From assembly GCA_964424285.1 (NCBI GenBank), contig CAYRIJ010000001.1:1-57914 (forward strand): a DNA stretch of 57,914 nucleotides, in the 5' to 3' direction. The notes under the pieces were generated by a model that saw only the letters and a program-made list of their open reading frames with translations, was not told the origin of the DNA and searched no databases. Below are positions 36,688-46,295 of this stretch, in pieces (within the stretch, counting starts at the first letter, position 1; each line of letters opens with the position of its first letter). A program made the position numbers and the translations under genes. This DNA is from an uncultured bacterium. Lineage in GTDB: Bacteria > Eisenbacteria > RBG-16-71-46 > JABDJR01.

Positions 36688-39300
36688 TCAGGCCTCGGCC
36701 CGCACTCCGCCCAGGGTCTCGCGCACCTTGGCGGTGAGGGCCGCCGGGGTGAACGGCTTCTGCAGGAAGCCCGTCCCGGGAGGGAAGCCCTCCCGCTCCT
36801 CGGTGGCGGCGTCGGTGTAGCCCGACGTGAAGACGACCCGGAGCTTCGGCCGGTGCTCGATCAGCCGCTCCGCGAGCTCGGGTCCCCCCATTCCCGGCAT
36901 GATCACGTCGGTGAGGAGCAGGTGGATGGTTCCCGGGTAATCCCGTCCCAGGCGAAGCGCGTCCTCCGACGACTCCGCGGCCAGCACCCGGTAGCCGGCC
37001 TCTTCCAGGAGCTTCTCGATGAGGGTGCGCACCCCGTCCTCGTCCTCGGCGAGGAGGATCGTCTCCGCTCCCGGGGACTCGGCGATCGCCGCCCGAGGCT
37101 CCGGCTTCCCCCCGACGGCGGCATCCACCCGGGGGAGGTAGACCCGGAACACCGTCCCGTCCCCGGCCTCGCTGGCGACGCTCACGTGGCCGCCGCTCTG
37201 GCGCACGATGCCGTAGACCGTGGAAAGCCCCAGGCCGGTTCCCTTCCCCACCTCCTTGGTGGTGAAGAACGGCTCGAACACCCGGGCCCGGGTTTCCTCG
37301 TCCATCCCCGCTCCGCTGTCGGAGACCGCGAGCATCACGTGAGGGCCGGGGACGAGGTCCGGGTGGAGTTGGGCGAAGCGCGCGCCCAGCTCCACGTTTT
37401 CGGTCTCCAGGGTGAGACGCCCGCCTTCGGGCATGGCGTCCCGCGCGTTGACCGCGAGGTTGATGACCACCTGCTCCACCTGGCCCCGGTCGGCGCGCAC
37501 CGCCCCCAGGTCGGGGGCCAGCCGGGCCTCCAGGACGATGTTCTCCGGGATGAGCCGCGCCAGCATGTTCTTCATGTCCTCGACCACCGCGTTCAGATCG
37601 AGCACCTCGGGCTGGAGGACCTGGCGGCGGCTGAAGGCGAGGAGCTGCTCGGTGAGGCCCGCCGCGCGCTCTCCGGCCTTCCGGATCTCCTCGACGTCGG
37701 CCCGGGCCGGGTGACTCTCGTCCAACGAGTTGAGCACCAGGGAGCTGTAGCCGTTGATGGCGGTGAGGAGGTTGTTGAAGTCGTGGGCGATCCCTCCGGC
37801 CAGCCGGCCCACCGCCTCCATCTTCTGGGACTGGCGGAGGCTCGCCTCCAGCCGGCGCCGCTCGGTGACGTCGCGAAAACTCCAGACCCGGCCCACCGTC
37901 CGCCCGCCCACCTTCTGCGGCCTCGAGTAACGCTCCACGATGCGGCCGTCCACGAATTCCAGGAGGTCGTCGCTCTCGGCGTCGGGGCTCCGGTAGAGCT
38001 CGGCCACCCGGCTCTCGAAGGCGTCGGGGTCCTTGAGCTGGGGACGGACGAAGGCCAGGGCCTCGGAGTCGATCCCCCCCCCGACCACCATCTCGGGCGG
38101 GATGCTCCAGAGATCGAGAAAACGGCGGTTGTAGCTCACGATCTTCCCGTCCAGGTCCACCACCAGGATGCCGTCGGTGGTGGACTCCAGGGTGGCGCGG
38201 AGGAGGGAGAGCGACGCGTCGATCCGTCGCTCCGATTGCTTGAGCCGGGTGACGTCGGCCAGGTACTCGACGCGGCCTCCGGCGAAGGTGCCGGATCGGA
38301 CGGGTTGGCTCCAGTACTCGAGCCAACGCTCCGCGCGCCCGGGGCCGGGGAGCACGTGGAGCTCCAGGGAGGGCGCCGCCTCCGGGGTCTCGTACCCGGC
38401 CAGGAGACGCTCCACCGAACGGTCTCCGTCCTCCAGCTGGTGAGGGCCGAGACTTCTGGCGACGACCCGCATGTCGCGGTTCAGGACCTCGGTCCGCTTC
38501 CAACCCAGGAAGCGCTCGACCGCATCGTTGATCCACACCACGTGAAAGCCGGCGTCGAGGACCAGGGTGCCGATATCGGAACCCTCCAGCACGTCGTGGG
38601 TCAACGAACGATAGCGGCCCTCGCTGGCTTCGAGCGCGGACCGGGTGCTTTCCAGGGCGCGTTGGGCGGACGCGTAGGCCCGGTGGAGAAGGAGGATGGC
38701 GAGGGGAATCAGGACGATCACGATGAAGGCGAAGGCCGCCGCCCAGGGGGCCGCCTTGGACCGCACTTCGGCCGTCACGTCCCGGGCGGGGAGATGCACC
38801 GCCACCAGGCCGTCCAGCGCCTGGAGGTAGGCGTAGGCCACGACCTGCTCCACCCCGGAGAGGCTCCGGTTCCGGCCCACCCAGTTCCGTTTGCCCTCGA
38901 TCAGTTGTTTCACGGTGGCCGGAGCGCCCGGGCCCACCGGCCCGCTCCAGACCGTTTCCACCGAACGGCCGACCATGGAGGAGTCGGCGGTGTGGGCGAG
39001 GATCGTCCCCTGGTGGTCGATGATGCAGAGGAATCGTCCCGGGTACCGGGGCCCGGCGGCGATCCAGGAACGCTCCGCGCGGAGGATCGCCGCATCCATG
39101 CCCTCGGTGCGGGCGGCGACGTCCACCTGGCCGGCCAGGGCGCGAGCCAGGGTCAGGTTGTCCCCGTAGATCGTCTGCAGGAGGTCGTCGCGGCTGGTCC
39201 GGTAGGCGTAGCCGGCCACCAGGGCTCCGGCCGCCAGCGCCAGGGCGCCGACCGCCAGCGCGGTCCAGGCCAGTCGGAGGGAGCGCGTGGGGGGAATCAT
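36688..39300 (-). CDS. hybrid sensor histidine kinase/response regulator (periplasmic Cache-like sensor, PAS domains, HisKA, HATPase_c, receiver)
   Basis: TM - ~170-aa ectodomain - TM. PAS-like repeats. H-box [12 protein letters not shown]-boxes [14 protein letters not shown]-terminal receiver [11 protein letters not shown]...[12 protein letters not shown]...SGY. Confidence 0.9.
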   Translation of the reverse strand: MIPPTRSLRLAWTALAVGALALAAGALVAGYAYRTSRDDLLQTIYGDNLTLARALAGQVDVAARTEGMDAAILRAERSWIAAGPRYPGRFLCIIDHQGTILAHTADSSMVGRSVETVWSGPVGPGAPATVKQLIEGKRNWVGRNRSLSGVEQVVAYAYLQALDGLVAVHLPARDVTAEVRSKAAPWAAAFAFIVIVLIPLAILLLHRAYASAQRALESTRSALEASEGRYRSLTHDVLEGSDIGTLVLDAGFHVVWINDAVERFLGWKRTEVLNRDMRVVARSLGPHQLEDGDRSVERLLAGYETPEAAPSLELHVLPGPGRAERWLEYWSQPVRSGTFAGGRVEYLADVTRLKQSERRIDASLSLLRATLESTTDGILVVDLDGKIVSYNRRFLDLWSIPPEMVVGGGIDSEALAFVRPQLKDPDAFESRVAELYRSPDAESDDLLEFVDGRIVERYSRPQKVGGRTVGRVWSFRDVTERRRLEASLRQSQKMEAVGRLAGGIAHDFNNLLTAINGYSSLVLNSLDESHPARADVEEIRKAGERAAGLTEQLLAFSRRQVLQPEVLDLNAVVEDMKNMLARLIPENIVLEARLAPDLGAVRADRGQVEQVVINLAVNARDAMPEGGRLTLETENVELGARFAQLHPDLVPGPHVMLAVSDSGAGMDEETRARVFEPFFTTKEVGKGTGLGLSTVYGIVRQSGGHVSVASEAGDGTVFRVYLPRVDAAVGGKPEPRAAIAESPGAETILLAEDEDGVRTLIEKLLEEAGYRVLAAESSEDALRLGRDYPGTIHLLLTDVIMPGMGGPELAERLIEHRPKLRVVFTSGYTDAATEEREGFPPGTGFLQKPFTPAALTAKVRETLGGVRAEA

Positions 39301-39435
39301 CGATGCTCATGCTCCTGGCCGTGGCCCCGCCCCGGGGAGGGTCACGCTGCCGAGCGCCGGTTGCCGACCTACCGTGCCGTGTCGGATCGGAATCGGGAGG
39401 GACTGAAGGCTTCATCCAAAGCGCGATTGAATTCT

Positions 39436-39470
39436 AATCGAAATCCAGAACGCCGGATAGTCCGGGCGCC
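39436..39470 (-). terminator. possible intrinsic terminator after the radical SAM gene
   Basis: On the minus strand, GCGCCCGGA-CTA-TCCGGCG forms an imperfect hairpin, followed by TTCTGGATTTCGATT. Confidence 0.3.
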
Positions 39471-39495
39471 GGCCGGGCGATCCGGGCCCCGGAAC

Positions 39496-40581
39496 TCAGT
39501 CCCAGACCCCGGGGATCCGCGTGCCGCACCCGGGGCAGGCGCCGCCGGGGCCGAGCTCGTTCGCCAGGATCCTGAACCCCTGCCGGCGGATCACCGCGCG
39601 GCCGCAGGCGTGGCAGCGGGTGTCCTCCCAGGCGTTCACCCGTCCGGGGAGGTTCCCGGCGTAGACGTACGCGAGCCCGGCCGCCGCCCCGATCTCCGCC
39701 GCCCGAAGCAGCCCTTCGGCCCGCGTGTCGCGGCTTCCGCTCATCCGGTAATCGGCGTGAAACGCGGTGACGTGCCAGGGGGTCAGGGGATCGAGGCCGG
39801 CCAGCCAGCCGGTGAGATCGCGGAGCTCCGCGTCGGAGTCGTTGAACCCGGGGACGAGCAGCGTCACCACCTCCACCCAGAACCCGCGCGCCTTCAACGC
39901 CTCCAGGGTATCGAGCACGTTGCCGAGCACCGCCCCCAGGGAGCGGTAGGCGCGGTCGGTGAACCCCTTCAGGTCCACCTTGTAGAGATCGGTGACCGGG
40001 CGGAGGAAGTCGAGGACCTCGGGGGTGGCGTTCCCGTTGGAGACGTACCCGGTCCGAAGCCCCTCGGGCCGGGCGCGCTCGAACACCGCCCGGGCCCATT
40101 CCGAGGTGATGAGGGGCTCGTTGTAGGTGCTCACCACCGTCCGCGAGCCCGATTCCACCGCGGCCCGGACCAGCGCCCCGGCGGTGGTGTCCCGGGGGGG
40201 AGCCACCGCGGCGGGATCGCGGAGCGCCTGGCTGGTGATCCAGTTCTGGCAGTACCCGCAATGGAGATCGCACCCCAGCATGCCGAAGCTCAAGGCGCTC
40301 GAGCCGGGAAGGACGTGGAAGAAGGGCTTCTTCTCGATCGGGTCCACCGCGAGGGCGGCGACGTAGTCGAAGGGGACGCGGAGCTCGCCGTTCCGGTTCG
40401 CGCGGACCTTGCAGATCCCCGGCCGCCCCGGGGGGATGCGGCACCGGTGTCCGCAGGCGAGGCACCGGAGCCAGCCTTCCTTCCCGTCGACCGGCCGCGC
40501 GAGATCGGGCGGGGCGGAAACCGTCCGCGATCCGAGCGCCTCCTCGAGGGTGGAAGCGGGCTTGATTGCGTCCTGATTCAT
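39496..40581 (-). CDS. AmmeMemoRadiSam-system-type radical SAM enzyme (PFL-activase-like)
   Basis: ATG at 40581 with GAGGTGA upstream. N-terminal Cys cluster CLACGHRCRIPPGRPGIC. Radical SAM CDLHCGYCQNW. C-terminal zinc ribbon CHACG...CPGCG. Overall pattern matches my memory of TIGR04337-type proteins. Confidence 0.8.
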   Translation of the reverse strand: MNQDAIKPASTLEEALGSRTVSAPPDLARPVDGKEGWLRCLACGHRCRIPPGRPGICKVRANRNGELRVPFDYVAALAVDPIEKKPFFHVLPGSSALSFGMLGCDLHCGYCQNWITSQALRDPAAVAPPRDTTAGALVRAAVESGSRTVVSTYNEPLITSEWARAVFERARPEGLRTGYVSNGNATPEVLDFLRPVTDLYKVDLKGFTDRAYRSLGAVLGNVLDTLEALKARGFWVEVVTLLVPGFNDSDAELRDLTGWLAGLDPLTPWHVTAFHADYRMSGSRDTRAEGLLRAAEIGAAAGLAYVYAGNLPGRVNAWEDTRCHACGRAVIRRQGFRILANELGPGGACPGCGTRIPGVWD

Positions 40582-40733
40582 GAGGGTCACCTCGATCCGG
40601 GGCGCGGTGGGGGCCGGCTCCCGCACCCGGCCTCCAGTGTGTCACTCCGGCCCGCTCGGTGCCAGCCGGGCACGCGGCGGAACCCGGGGCGCCCGGGCCG
40701 GCCCCGTCGCGGTCGTCCCGCCCCCGCTCTGGT

Positions 40734-41639
40734 ATGCTGCCCGCCATGGTGCGGAATCTCCCCGCTCTGGGGCCCTATCTGGAGACGCTGGCCGGGGACT
40801 ACGGCCCGGATTACCTCCGGACCGATCCCCTGGGGGAAGTGCGCCGGTTCACCGCCCCCGCCGATCTCGAGGTGGCGGCCTTCCTCGCCGCCGGGCTCGC
40901 CTTCGGCCGGGTGGATCTCATCCTCGCCCACCTCCGCGATCTCTGGGAACGCCTCGATCACGCCCCCGCCCGGATCGTCGACGGCTGGCGGCCCGCCGAC
41001 CGGCGCCGCCTCGACGGGTTCGTCCACCGCTGGGTGGGCCCCGACGACCTGGCCCGGGTGCTGGCCGCCCTCGGGCGGGCCCGCCGGGCCCACGGCTCCC
41101 TCCGGGCGCTCTTCCTGGAGGGCTACGCCCCCGCCGATCCCGACCTGGGCCCTTCGCTCTCGCGCTTCGTGCGCGCCCTCCGGGGCCACCTCCGCCAACC
41201 CGGCGTCCGCCGGGCCCCGGACGAGGAGGAACTCCCCCAGGGAGTCCGCACGTTCTTCGCCGACCCCGCCCGCGGGGGGGCGTGCAAGCGGCTGAACCTC
41301 TACCTCCGGTGGATGGTGCGGGCCGACGACGGGGTGGACCTGGGCCTCTTCGCGCCGGTCCGCCCCGACCAGCTGGTGATTCCCCTCGACACCCACGTGG
41401 CCCGGATCAGCCGCTACCTCGGCCTCTCCGCCCGGCGGACGCCGGACTGGAAGATGGCCGCCGAGGTGACGGAGAGCCTCAAGCGCTGGGACGCCGGGGA
41501 TCCGGTCCGTTTCGATTTCGCGATCTCCCGGCTGGGGATCCTGGGCGACTGCCCGCGACGGGTCGATCGGTCGAAGTGCGCGGCCTGCGCCCTGGTCCCG
41601 GTCTGCACCCTGGGAAGGAGTCAGCATGGCCGATCCTGA
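40734..41639 (+). CDS. TIGR02757/DUF2400-family protein with EndoIII-like HhH and 4Fe-4S loop
   Basis: ATG at 40734 preferred over the upstream start at 40659. ACKRLNLYLRWMVR, LVIPLDTHVARISRYLGL, C-terminal CPRRVDRSKCAACALVPVC. Confidence 0.7.
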   Translation: MLPAMVRNLPALGPYLETLAGDYGPDYLRTDPLGEVRRFTAPADLEVAAFLAAGLAFGRVDLILAHLRDLWERLDHAPARIVDGWRPADRRRLDGFVHRWVGPDDLARVLAALGRARRAHGSLRALFLEGYAPADPDLGPSLSRFVRALRGHLRQPGVRRAPDEEELPQGVRTFFADPARGGACKRLNLYLRWMVRADDGVDLGLFAPVRPDQLVIPLDTHVARISRYLGLSARRTPDWKMAAEVTESLKRWDAGDPVRFDFAISRLGILGDCPRRVDRSKCAACALVPVCTLGRSQHGRS

Positions 41640-42444
41640 GCTCATTCCGGTCGAGGACCGCCCCGCGGTCCTGGTGGTGGCCGGCCTCGACCCGTCCGGC
41701 GGTGCGGGCATCCTCACCGACGCGGCGGTGATCCGGGCCTTCGATCTCCACCCGGTGACCGTGCTCACCGCGGTGGCGGTGCAGAACACCGCCCGCCTGG
41801 GTCGCCGCTTCGACATCCCCCCCGCCGTGCTCCAGGACCAGCTCACCCTTCTGGGCGAGGAGTTTCTCCTGGGGGCGGTGAAGACCGGCATGCTCTCCAC
41901 CGCGGCCACCGTCGAGGTCCTGGCCGCCTGGCTCGCCGAGCGGCCCCGGCTCCCCCTGGTCCTCGATCCGGTGCTTCGCACCACCAGCGGGGGCGCCCTG
42001 GGAGAGCCCGCGCTCCTCGACGCGGTGAAGCGCGCCCTCCTGCCCCGGGCCCGGGTGGTCACCCCGAACCTGGAGGAGGCCTCGGCCCTGACCGGAACCC
42101 CGGTGGCCGACCGCGACCGCATCCCCGACCAGGCCCGGGCGATCCGGGACCTGGGTCCGGAGTGGGTGCTGATCAAGGGGGGGCATCTTCCCCGGGGCCG
42201 CGCCTCGGACTTCCTGGCCGGACCCGACGTCGCGCTCTGGCTGGAGGAGGATCGCTCCGGGCGTTCGGTGCGGGGGACGGGGTGCGCCCTGGCCTCGGCC
42301 CTGGCCGCCGGCCTCGCCCGGGGGGAGGGCGTCGCCGACGCCGCCCGCGGGGCCAAGACCCTGGTGATCCGGGCCATCGAGGCCTCCTACGTGGCGGGCC
42401 AGGGGCGCTATCTCAACCTCGAGAGCCGAAACCGGACGGAATGA
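41626..42444 (+). CDS. thiD: hydroxymethylpyrimidine/phosphomethylpyrimidine kinase
   Basis: GGGAAGGAG SD. VVAGLDPSGGAGILTD, AVKTGML, LDPV, VTPNLEEA, LIKGGH, GTGCALASALAA. Overlaps the upstream gene by 14 nt. Confidence 0.9.
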   Translation: MADPELIPVEDRPAVLVVAGLDPSGGAGILTDAAVIRAFDLHPVTVLTAVAVQNTARLGRRFDIPPAVLQDQLTLLGEEFLLGAVKTGMLSTAATVEVLAAWLAERPRLPLVLDPVLRTTSGGALGEPALLDAVKRALLPRARVVTPNLEEASALTGTPVADRDRIPDQARAIRDLGPEWVLIKGGHLPRGRASDFLAGPDVALWLEEDRSGRSVRGTGCALASALAAGLARGEGVADAARGAKTLVIRAIEASYVAGQGRYLNLESRNRTE

Positions 42445-43640
42445 GGTTTCGGGCCCTCCCGCCGCTCGCCCGGCTCTGCATCGCCGCCTTCCTCGCCGAC
42501 ATGGCCCTCTACCTCACCATGACCGGCGCCCCCTACAAGGCGCTCGCCCTGGGGGCGGGCCCGCTGGTCCTGGGGCTCCTCCCCGCCGCCCGCGCCCTTC
42601 CCTACAGCCTGAGCACGGTGTGGGCGGGGGGCCTCACCGAGGGCCGGGAGCGCCTCCGCCTGGCCCGCTGGAGCCTGGTGGTCGGAGGGCTCGCGGTGGC
42701 CGCGCTGATCCTCGCCCCGGGAATCGGCCCGCTGTTCGCGGTGCTGGCGATCCTGGGAACGGCTCTCGCCTTCTTCTGGCCCGCGATCCAGGCCACCCTG
42801 GCCGACCTCGCCGACCGCGAAACCGTGCACGGGCATCTCGGATGGTTCAACGTGGCCTGGAGCCTGGGGAAGGGATGCGGGTTCCTGGCCGGGGGATTCC
42901 TCCTGGCCGGGCTGGGCTTCGCCGCGGTCTTCGCCGCCTCGGCGGGGGCGATGCTGGTGGTGGCGGGCCTGGTCACCACCCTCCGGGTCCGTCCCCTCAC
43001 CGCCTCGGTGCGGGCGCACCCCGAGGCCCCGGAGCCGGCGGCGGCCGGCCGGGGCGATCGCCGGGTGTCCCCCGCCCGCGCCCGGCGGTTCCGGCTGGCG
43101 GCGTGGACGGCCAACGGCATCGCCTTCGGGGTGGTGGCCGTGCTGAACACCCACTACCCCAACTGGCTCGAGGTGATCGGGCGGGGGGAGGGCGTGTTCG
43201 GGACCTTCCTCGGACTCATCTTCTTCTCCCAGACCGCGGTGTTCGGGATCCTCATGCGGTTCTCGGGCTGGCGCTACCGGGCGGGACCGCTCCTCTGGTC
43301 CCAGGTCCCCCTGATCGGGACCCTGGCCGTCCTGCCGTGGATCCGGAGTCCGGCGGTCATCCTGGCCACCGCTCCCCTCATCGGGATGGGGCTGGGGACG
43401 GCCTACTTCGCCAGCCTCTTCTACTCGGTGGACGAGCCCGGGCGGCGGGGGCGCTACGCGGGGGTGCACGAGATGCTCCTGGGATTGGGTTCCCTGGCCC
43501 TGCCCATCCTGGGCGGGTGGGCGGCGGAGGCCACGGGACGGCTCCAGGCCCCCTATCTCTTTGCCGCGGCGCTCGGTATCGTGTCGGTGGCGTTCCAGGC
43601 GGCGCTTCTGGGGGCGGTCCCGGGGCGCCGGGCGGCGTGA
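42441..43640 (+). CDS. MFS-type transporter (about 12 TM helices)
   Basis: ATGA overlap with the thiD stop. Hydrophobic throughout, with a central Arg-rich loop (AAAGRGDRRVSPARARRFR) splitting two six-helix halves. Confidence 0.8.
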   Translation: MRFRALPPLARLCIAAFLADMALYLTMTGAPYKALALGAGPLVLGLLPAARALPYSLSTVWAGGLTEGRERLRLARWSLVVGGLAVAALILAPGIGPLFAVLAILGTALAFFWPAIQATLADLADRETVHGHLGWFNVAWSLGKGCGFLAGGFLLAGLGFAAVFAASAGAMLVVAGLVTTLRVRPLTASVRAHPEAPEPAAAGRGDRRVSPARARRFRLAAWTANGIAFGVVAVLNTHYPNWLEVIGRGEGVFGTFLGLIFFSQTAVFGILMRFSGWRYRAGPLLWSQVPLIGTLAVLPWIRSPAVILATAPLIGMGLGTAYFASLFYSVDEPGRRGRYAGVHEMLLGLGSLALPILGGWAAEATGRLQAPYLFAAALGIVSVAFQAALLGAVPGRRAA

Positions 43641-43727
43641 GGCCGCGCCCGCCGGAACAGGGGGCGCCGGGCGGGGTATCAAGAGCAGGTTGATCTGGGC
43701 CGAGCACTTCGTGTGGAGGGAGGTCTC

Positions 43728-44150
43728 ATGCGGCGATTGATGCGGCTTTGGCGGCCGACGGCGTTTCTGGCCGCGGCGTTTCTGGGCGGGATGGCCGGTT
43801 CGGCCCTGCTTCGGCCGGAGGCGCCCCAGGCCGGGATGGTGGACTTCGGCGGCGGGAGCGACAAGCCGGGGCTGGTGGGCACGTTCGGGGTGGGCGGGGT
43901 GATGACCTGGGAAGGGGATCTCTGGCAGTACCGCCCGGACAAGAAGAGCTGGGTGACCCTGGACGAGTCCTTCGCCCTGGAGGGCCAGCCCACCAAGGTG
44001 GTGCCCCTCCCGGTCAAGCCCGCGGAGATCCGGAACATGGAGACGTTCGGGTTCCTGGTCACCCGGAACGATGAGTGCTGGCTCTACGACATCGACCAGC
44101 AACGCTGGGAGGACATCGGGAAGCCCCCCTTCCACGCGCGGGGGCGATGA
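43728..44150 (+). CDS. hypothetical secreted protein (140 aa)
   Basis: GGAGGGAGG SD before the ATG at 43728. Signal-like N-terminus. Trp/Lys/Asp-containing protein-like body (MTWEGDLWQYRPDKKSWVTLDESF...). Confidence 0.55.
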   Translation: MRRLMRLWRPTAFLAAAFLGGMAGSALLRPEAPQAGMVDFGGGSDKPGLVGTFGVGGVMTWEGDLWQYRPDKKSWVTLDESFALEGQPTKVVPLPVKPAEIRNMETFGFLVTRNDECWLYDIDQQRWEDIGKPPFHARGR

Positions 44151-44263
44151 CCGGAACTCCGGGACGCCGGATGCGATATACTGATTCTGAGGCGTTCCCG
44201 CTACCCGAGCGGGGGCGCGGCACGAATTCGGGGCCGATCCCAAGCAGCTGAGGAGGTGTCCTC

Positions 44264-45301
44264 ATGAGACACGCACTATTCGGGCTGGTCATCGCGACCG
44301 CGCTCGCGGCGGCGGCCCCCGCCCGGGCGGTCACCGTGGACGACGTCAGGGGCCTGGCCCGCGCCGGGGCCAGCGACACGATCATCCTGGCCAAGATCGA
44401 CGCCGACGGGACGGTCTTCCACCTCACCGTGGACGAGATCCTGGCGCTTCGCCAGGCCGGGGTGAGCGATCCGGTGATCACCTACATGATCAACACCGGC
44501 AAGGGGAGCGCCGCCGAAGCGCCCGCTCCCGCGGCCGCCCAGGACCAGGGGGGGGCCTACGACCAGAACACGACCGGCGACTACTCGACCGGCGGGTACG
44601 CGGACGGCGGGTACGACCAGGGGTACCAGAGCGGGTTGGACAGCCGGTACCGCGGCAACGTCTCGGTCTCGTTCGGATACTACTACCCGCACTGGCCGGG
44701 CTACGCCTACTCGTACTACTACGACCCGTTCTGGTGGCCCAGCATGTCCTACTACTACTGCTACTGGCAGCCGTATCCGTACTCCTACTGGTATTACGAC
44801 CCCTGGTACCGCTGGAACGCCGGGGTTTCCTGGTACTGGTACCCCCGCGACCGTGACCGCTACGGCCGGGGTCACCACGACTACTACGCCCGGGCCGAGA
44901 AGGGCCGGCACGTCGGGGGCCGCGGGGGAAGCTCCGGCTACGGCCGGGCGTACAAGAACGGCAGCCGGTCCGGAAACCCCGTGGTCTACGACGGAAGCCG
45001 GCGGGTGTTGAAGTCACCCGCGCCGGGCCAGCGGGTGCCGGCCGAACGCGGACGCGCGACCAAGCCTTCGCGGCCCGCGGTGCGGGACCAGAATCGTCTC
45101 CGTAGCCCGGAGCAGCCGGTTCGCCAGGTGAAGCCCTCCCCCGCGCCCGGCCGGTCGAATCCCGGTCGCGAGGTGAAGCCGGGGCGGGGATCGGAGCGGC
45201 GGTACGAGCCCGCCCCCCGTCCCTCCCCGAGCCGGGATTCCGGACGGGGTTCGGCGCGGCCGAGCCCGTCCCGGGAGAGCCGAAGCCGGAAGTCTCATTA
45301 A
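44264..45301 (+). CDS. secreted protein with duplicated N-terminal helical motif, extreme Tyr/Trp/Pro-rich core and basic Pro/Arg/Ser tail
   Basis: GAGGAGG SD. Signal peptide ...AAAAPARA. Repeats VDDVRGLARAGASDTIILAKI / VDEILALRQAGVSDPVITYMI. Core YYYPHWPGYAYSYYYDPFWWPSMSYYYCYWQPYPYSYWYYDPWYRWNAGVSWYWYP. Confidence 0.65.
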   Translation: MRHALFGLVIATALAAAAPARAVTVDDVRGLARAGASDTIILAKIDADGTVFHLTVDEILALRQAGVSDPVITYMINTGKGSAAEAPAPAAAQDQGGAYDQNTTGDYSTGGYADGGYDQGYQSGLDSRYRGNVSVSFGYYYPHWPGYAYSYYYDPFWWPSMSYYYCYWQPYPYSYWYYDPWYRWNAGVSWYWYPRDRDRYGRGHHDYYARAEKGRHVGGRGGSSGYGRAYKNGSRSGNPVVYDGSRRVLKSPAPGQRVPAERGRATKPSRPAVRDQNRLRSPEQPVRQVKPSPAPGRSNPGREVKPGRGSERRYEPAPRPSPSRDSGRGSARPSPSRESRSRKSH

Positions 45302-45509
45302 GTAAAGCACTTCGGTAGACGGGGTTCACCTCGACCCCGGAAATGCAGGACAATGCGAAGCCGATCGGAGCGATCCTTCGATCGGCCTCGTCTTGAGTCG
45401 AGGCCGGGGTCGCGGGAGCGCCCGACACCCCGGGTCTTCATCGGTGGAGCGATGCCGGCGGCGATCCGGCCGCCCGCGCGCAGGGCCGACCCCCGCGGAG
45501 AGGAGACGG

Positions 45510-46295
45510 ATGGACGGCAAGACGTCCGGGCTGCGATTGAGCGCGGTGATCCCGGTTCACAACGAAAAGGACAACCTCGGTCCTCTGGTCGAGGAGCTGA
45601 TCCGCGAACTGGACCGGGTCGGGACCCCCTACGAGATCCTGCTCGTGGACGACGGGAGCACCGACGGATCGGGTGAGGTCATGGACCGGCTGGTCCGCGG
45701 GCGCCCCCAGCTTCGATGCCTCCATCTGGAGCGGAATCGCGGCCAGAGCGCCGCCCTGGGCGCCGGGTTCGAGGCGGCGGGCGGGGACTACATCGTCACC
45801 CTCGACGCCGATCTCCAGAACGATCCCGCCGACATCGCCCGGCTCATGGAGTGGATCCCCCAGTTCGACATGGTGGCCGGGTTCCGGCGGAAGCGCCGCG
45901 ACAACCGGCTTCGCCGGGTGAGCAGCGTGGTGGCCAACCGGGTCCGAAGCGCCATTCTCGGCGACGGCATCCGCGACACCGGCTGCTCCCTGAAGCTCTT
46001 CCGCCGCGACCTCACCCCGCGCATGCCCCGGCTGAACGGCATGCACCGTTTCATGCCCCTCCTGATCCAGCTCCAGGGGGGGACGGTGACCCAGGTGCCG
46101 GTGAACCATCGCCCCCGCACCGCGGGGGAGTCCAAGTACAACGTGAAGAACCGTCTCTTCCGGGGCATCCTGGATCTCTTCGGAATGTGGTGGGTGAAGC
46201 GCCGCTTCGTGAACTACGCGGTCAGCTACGAGGCCTCGGCCGCCGCTTCCGGCCGGCCCGGCCGCAAGTCGGGCGTCAGGGAGGACAACCCGTGA
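45510..46295 (+). CDS. GT2 polyprenyl-phosphate glycosyltransferase (ArnC/DPM1-like)
   Basis: GGAGAGGAGA SD. SAVIPVHNEKDNL, LLVDDGSTDGS, TLDADLQNDP (DxD), C-terminal TM. Upstream part of the 45393 track ORF is Arg-rich non-coding. Confidence 0.9.
   Translation: MDGKTSGLRLSAVIPVHNEKDNLGPLVEELIRELDRVGTPYEILLVDDGSTDGSGEVMDRLVRGRPQLRCLHLERNRGQSAALGAGFEAAGGDYIVTLDADLQNDPADIARLMEWIPQFDMVAGFRRKRRDNRLRRVSSVVANRVRSAILGDGIRDTGCSLKLFRRDLTPRMPRLNGMHRFMPLLIQLQGGTVTQVPVNHRPRTAGESKYNVKNRLFRGILDLFGMWWVKRRFVNYAVSYEASAAASGRPGRKSGVREDNP

Noticed and set aside
36853-41295. 1480-aa plus-strand ORF
   Set aside because: It lies antisense to the hybrid histidine kinase and the radical SAM gene and runs across their intergenic region. 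The translation is Arg/Gly/Pro-rich with no motifs.
41637-42444. TPP riboswitch for thiD
   Set aside because: thiD overlaps the preceding gene, so there is no leader in which a riboswitch could sit.
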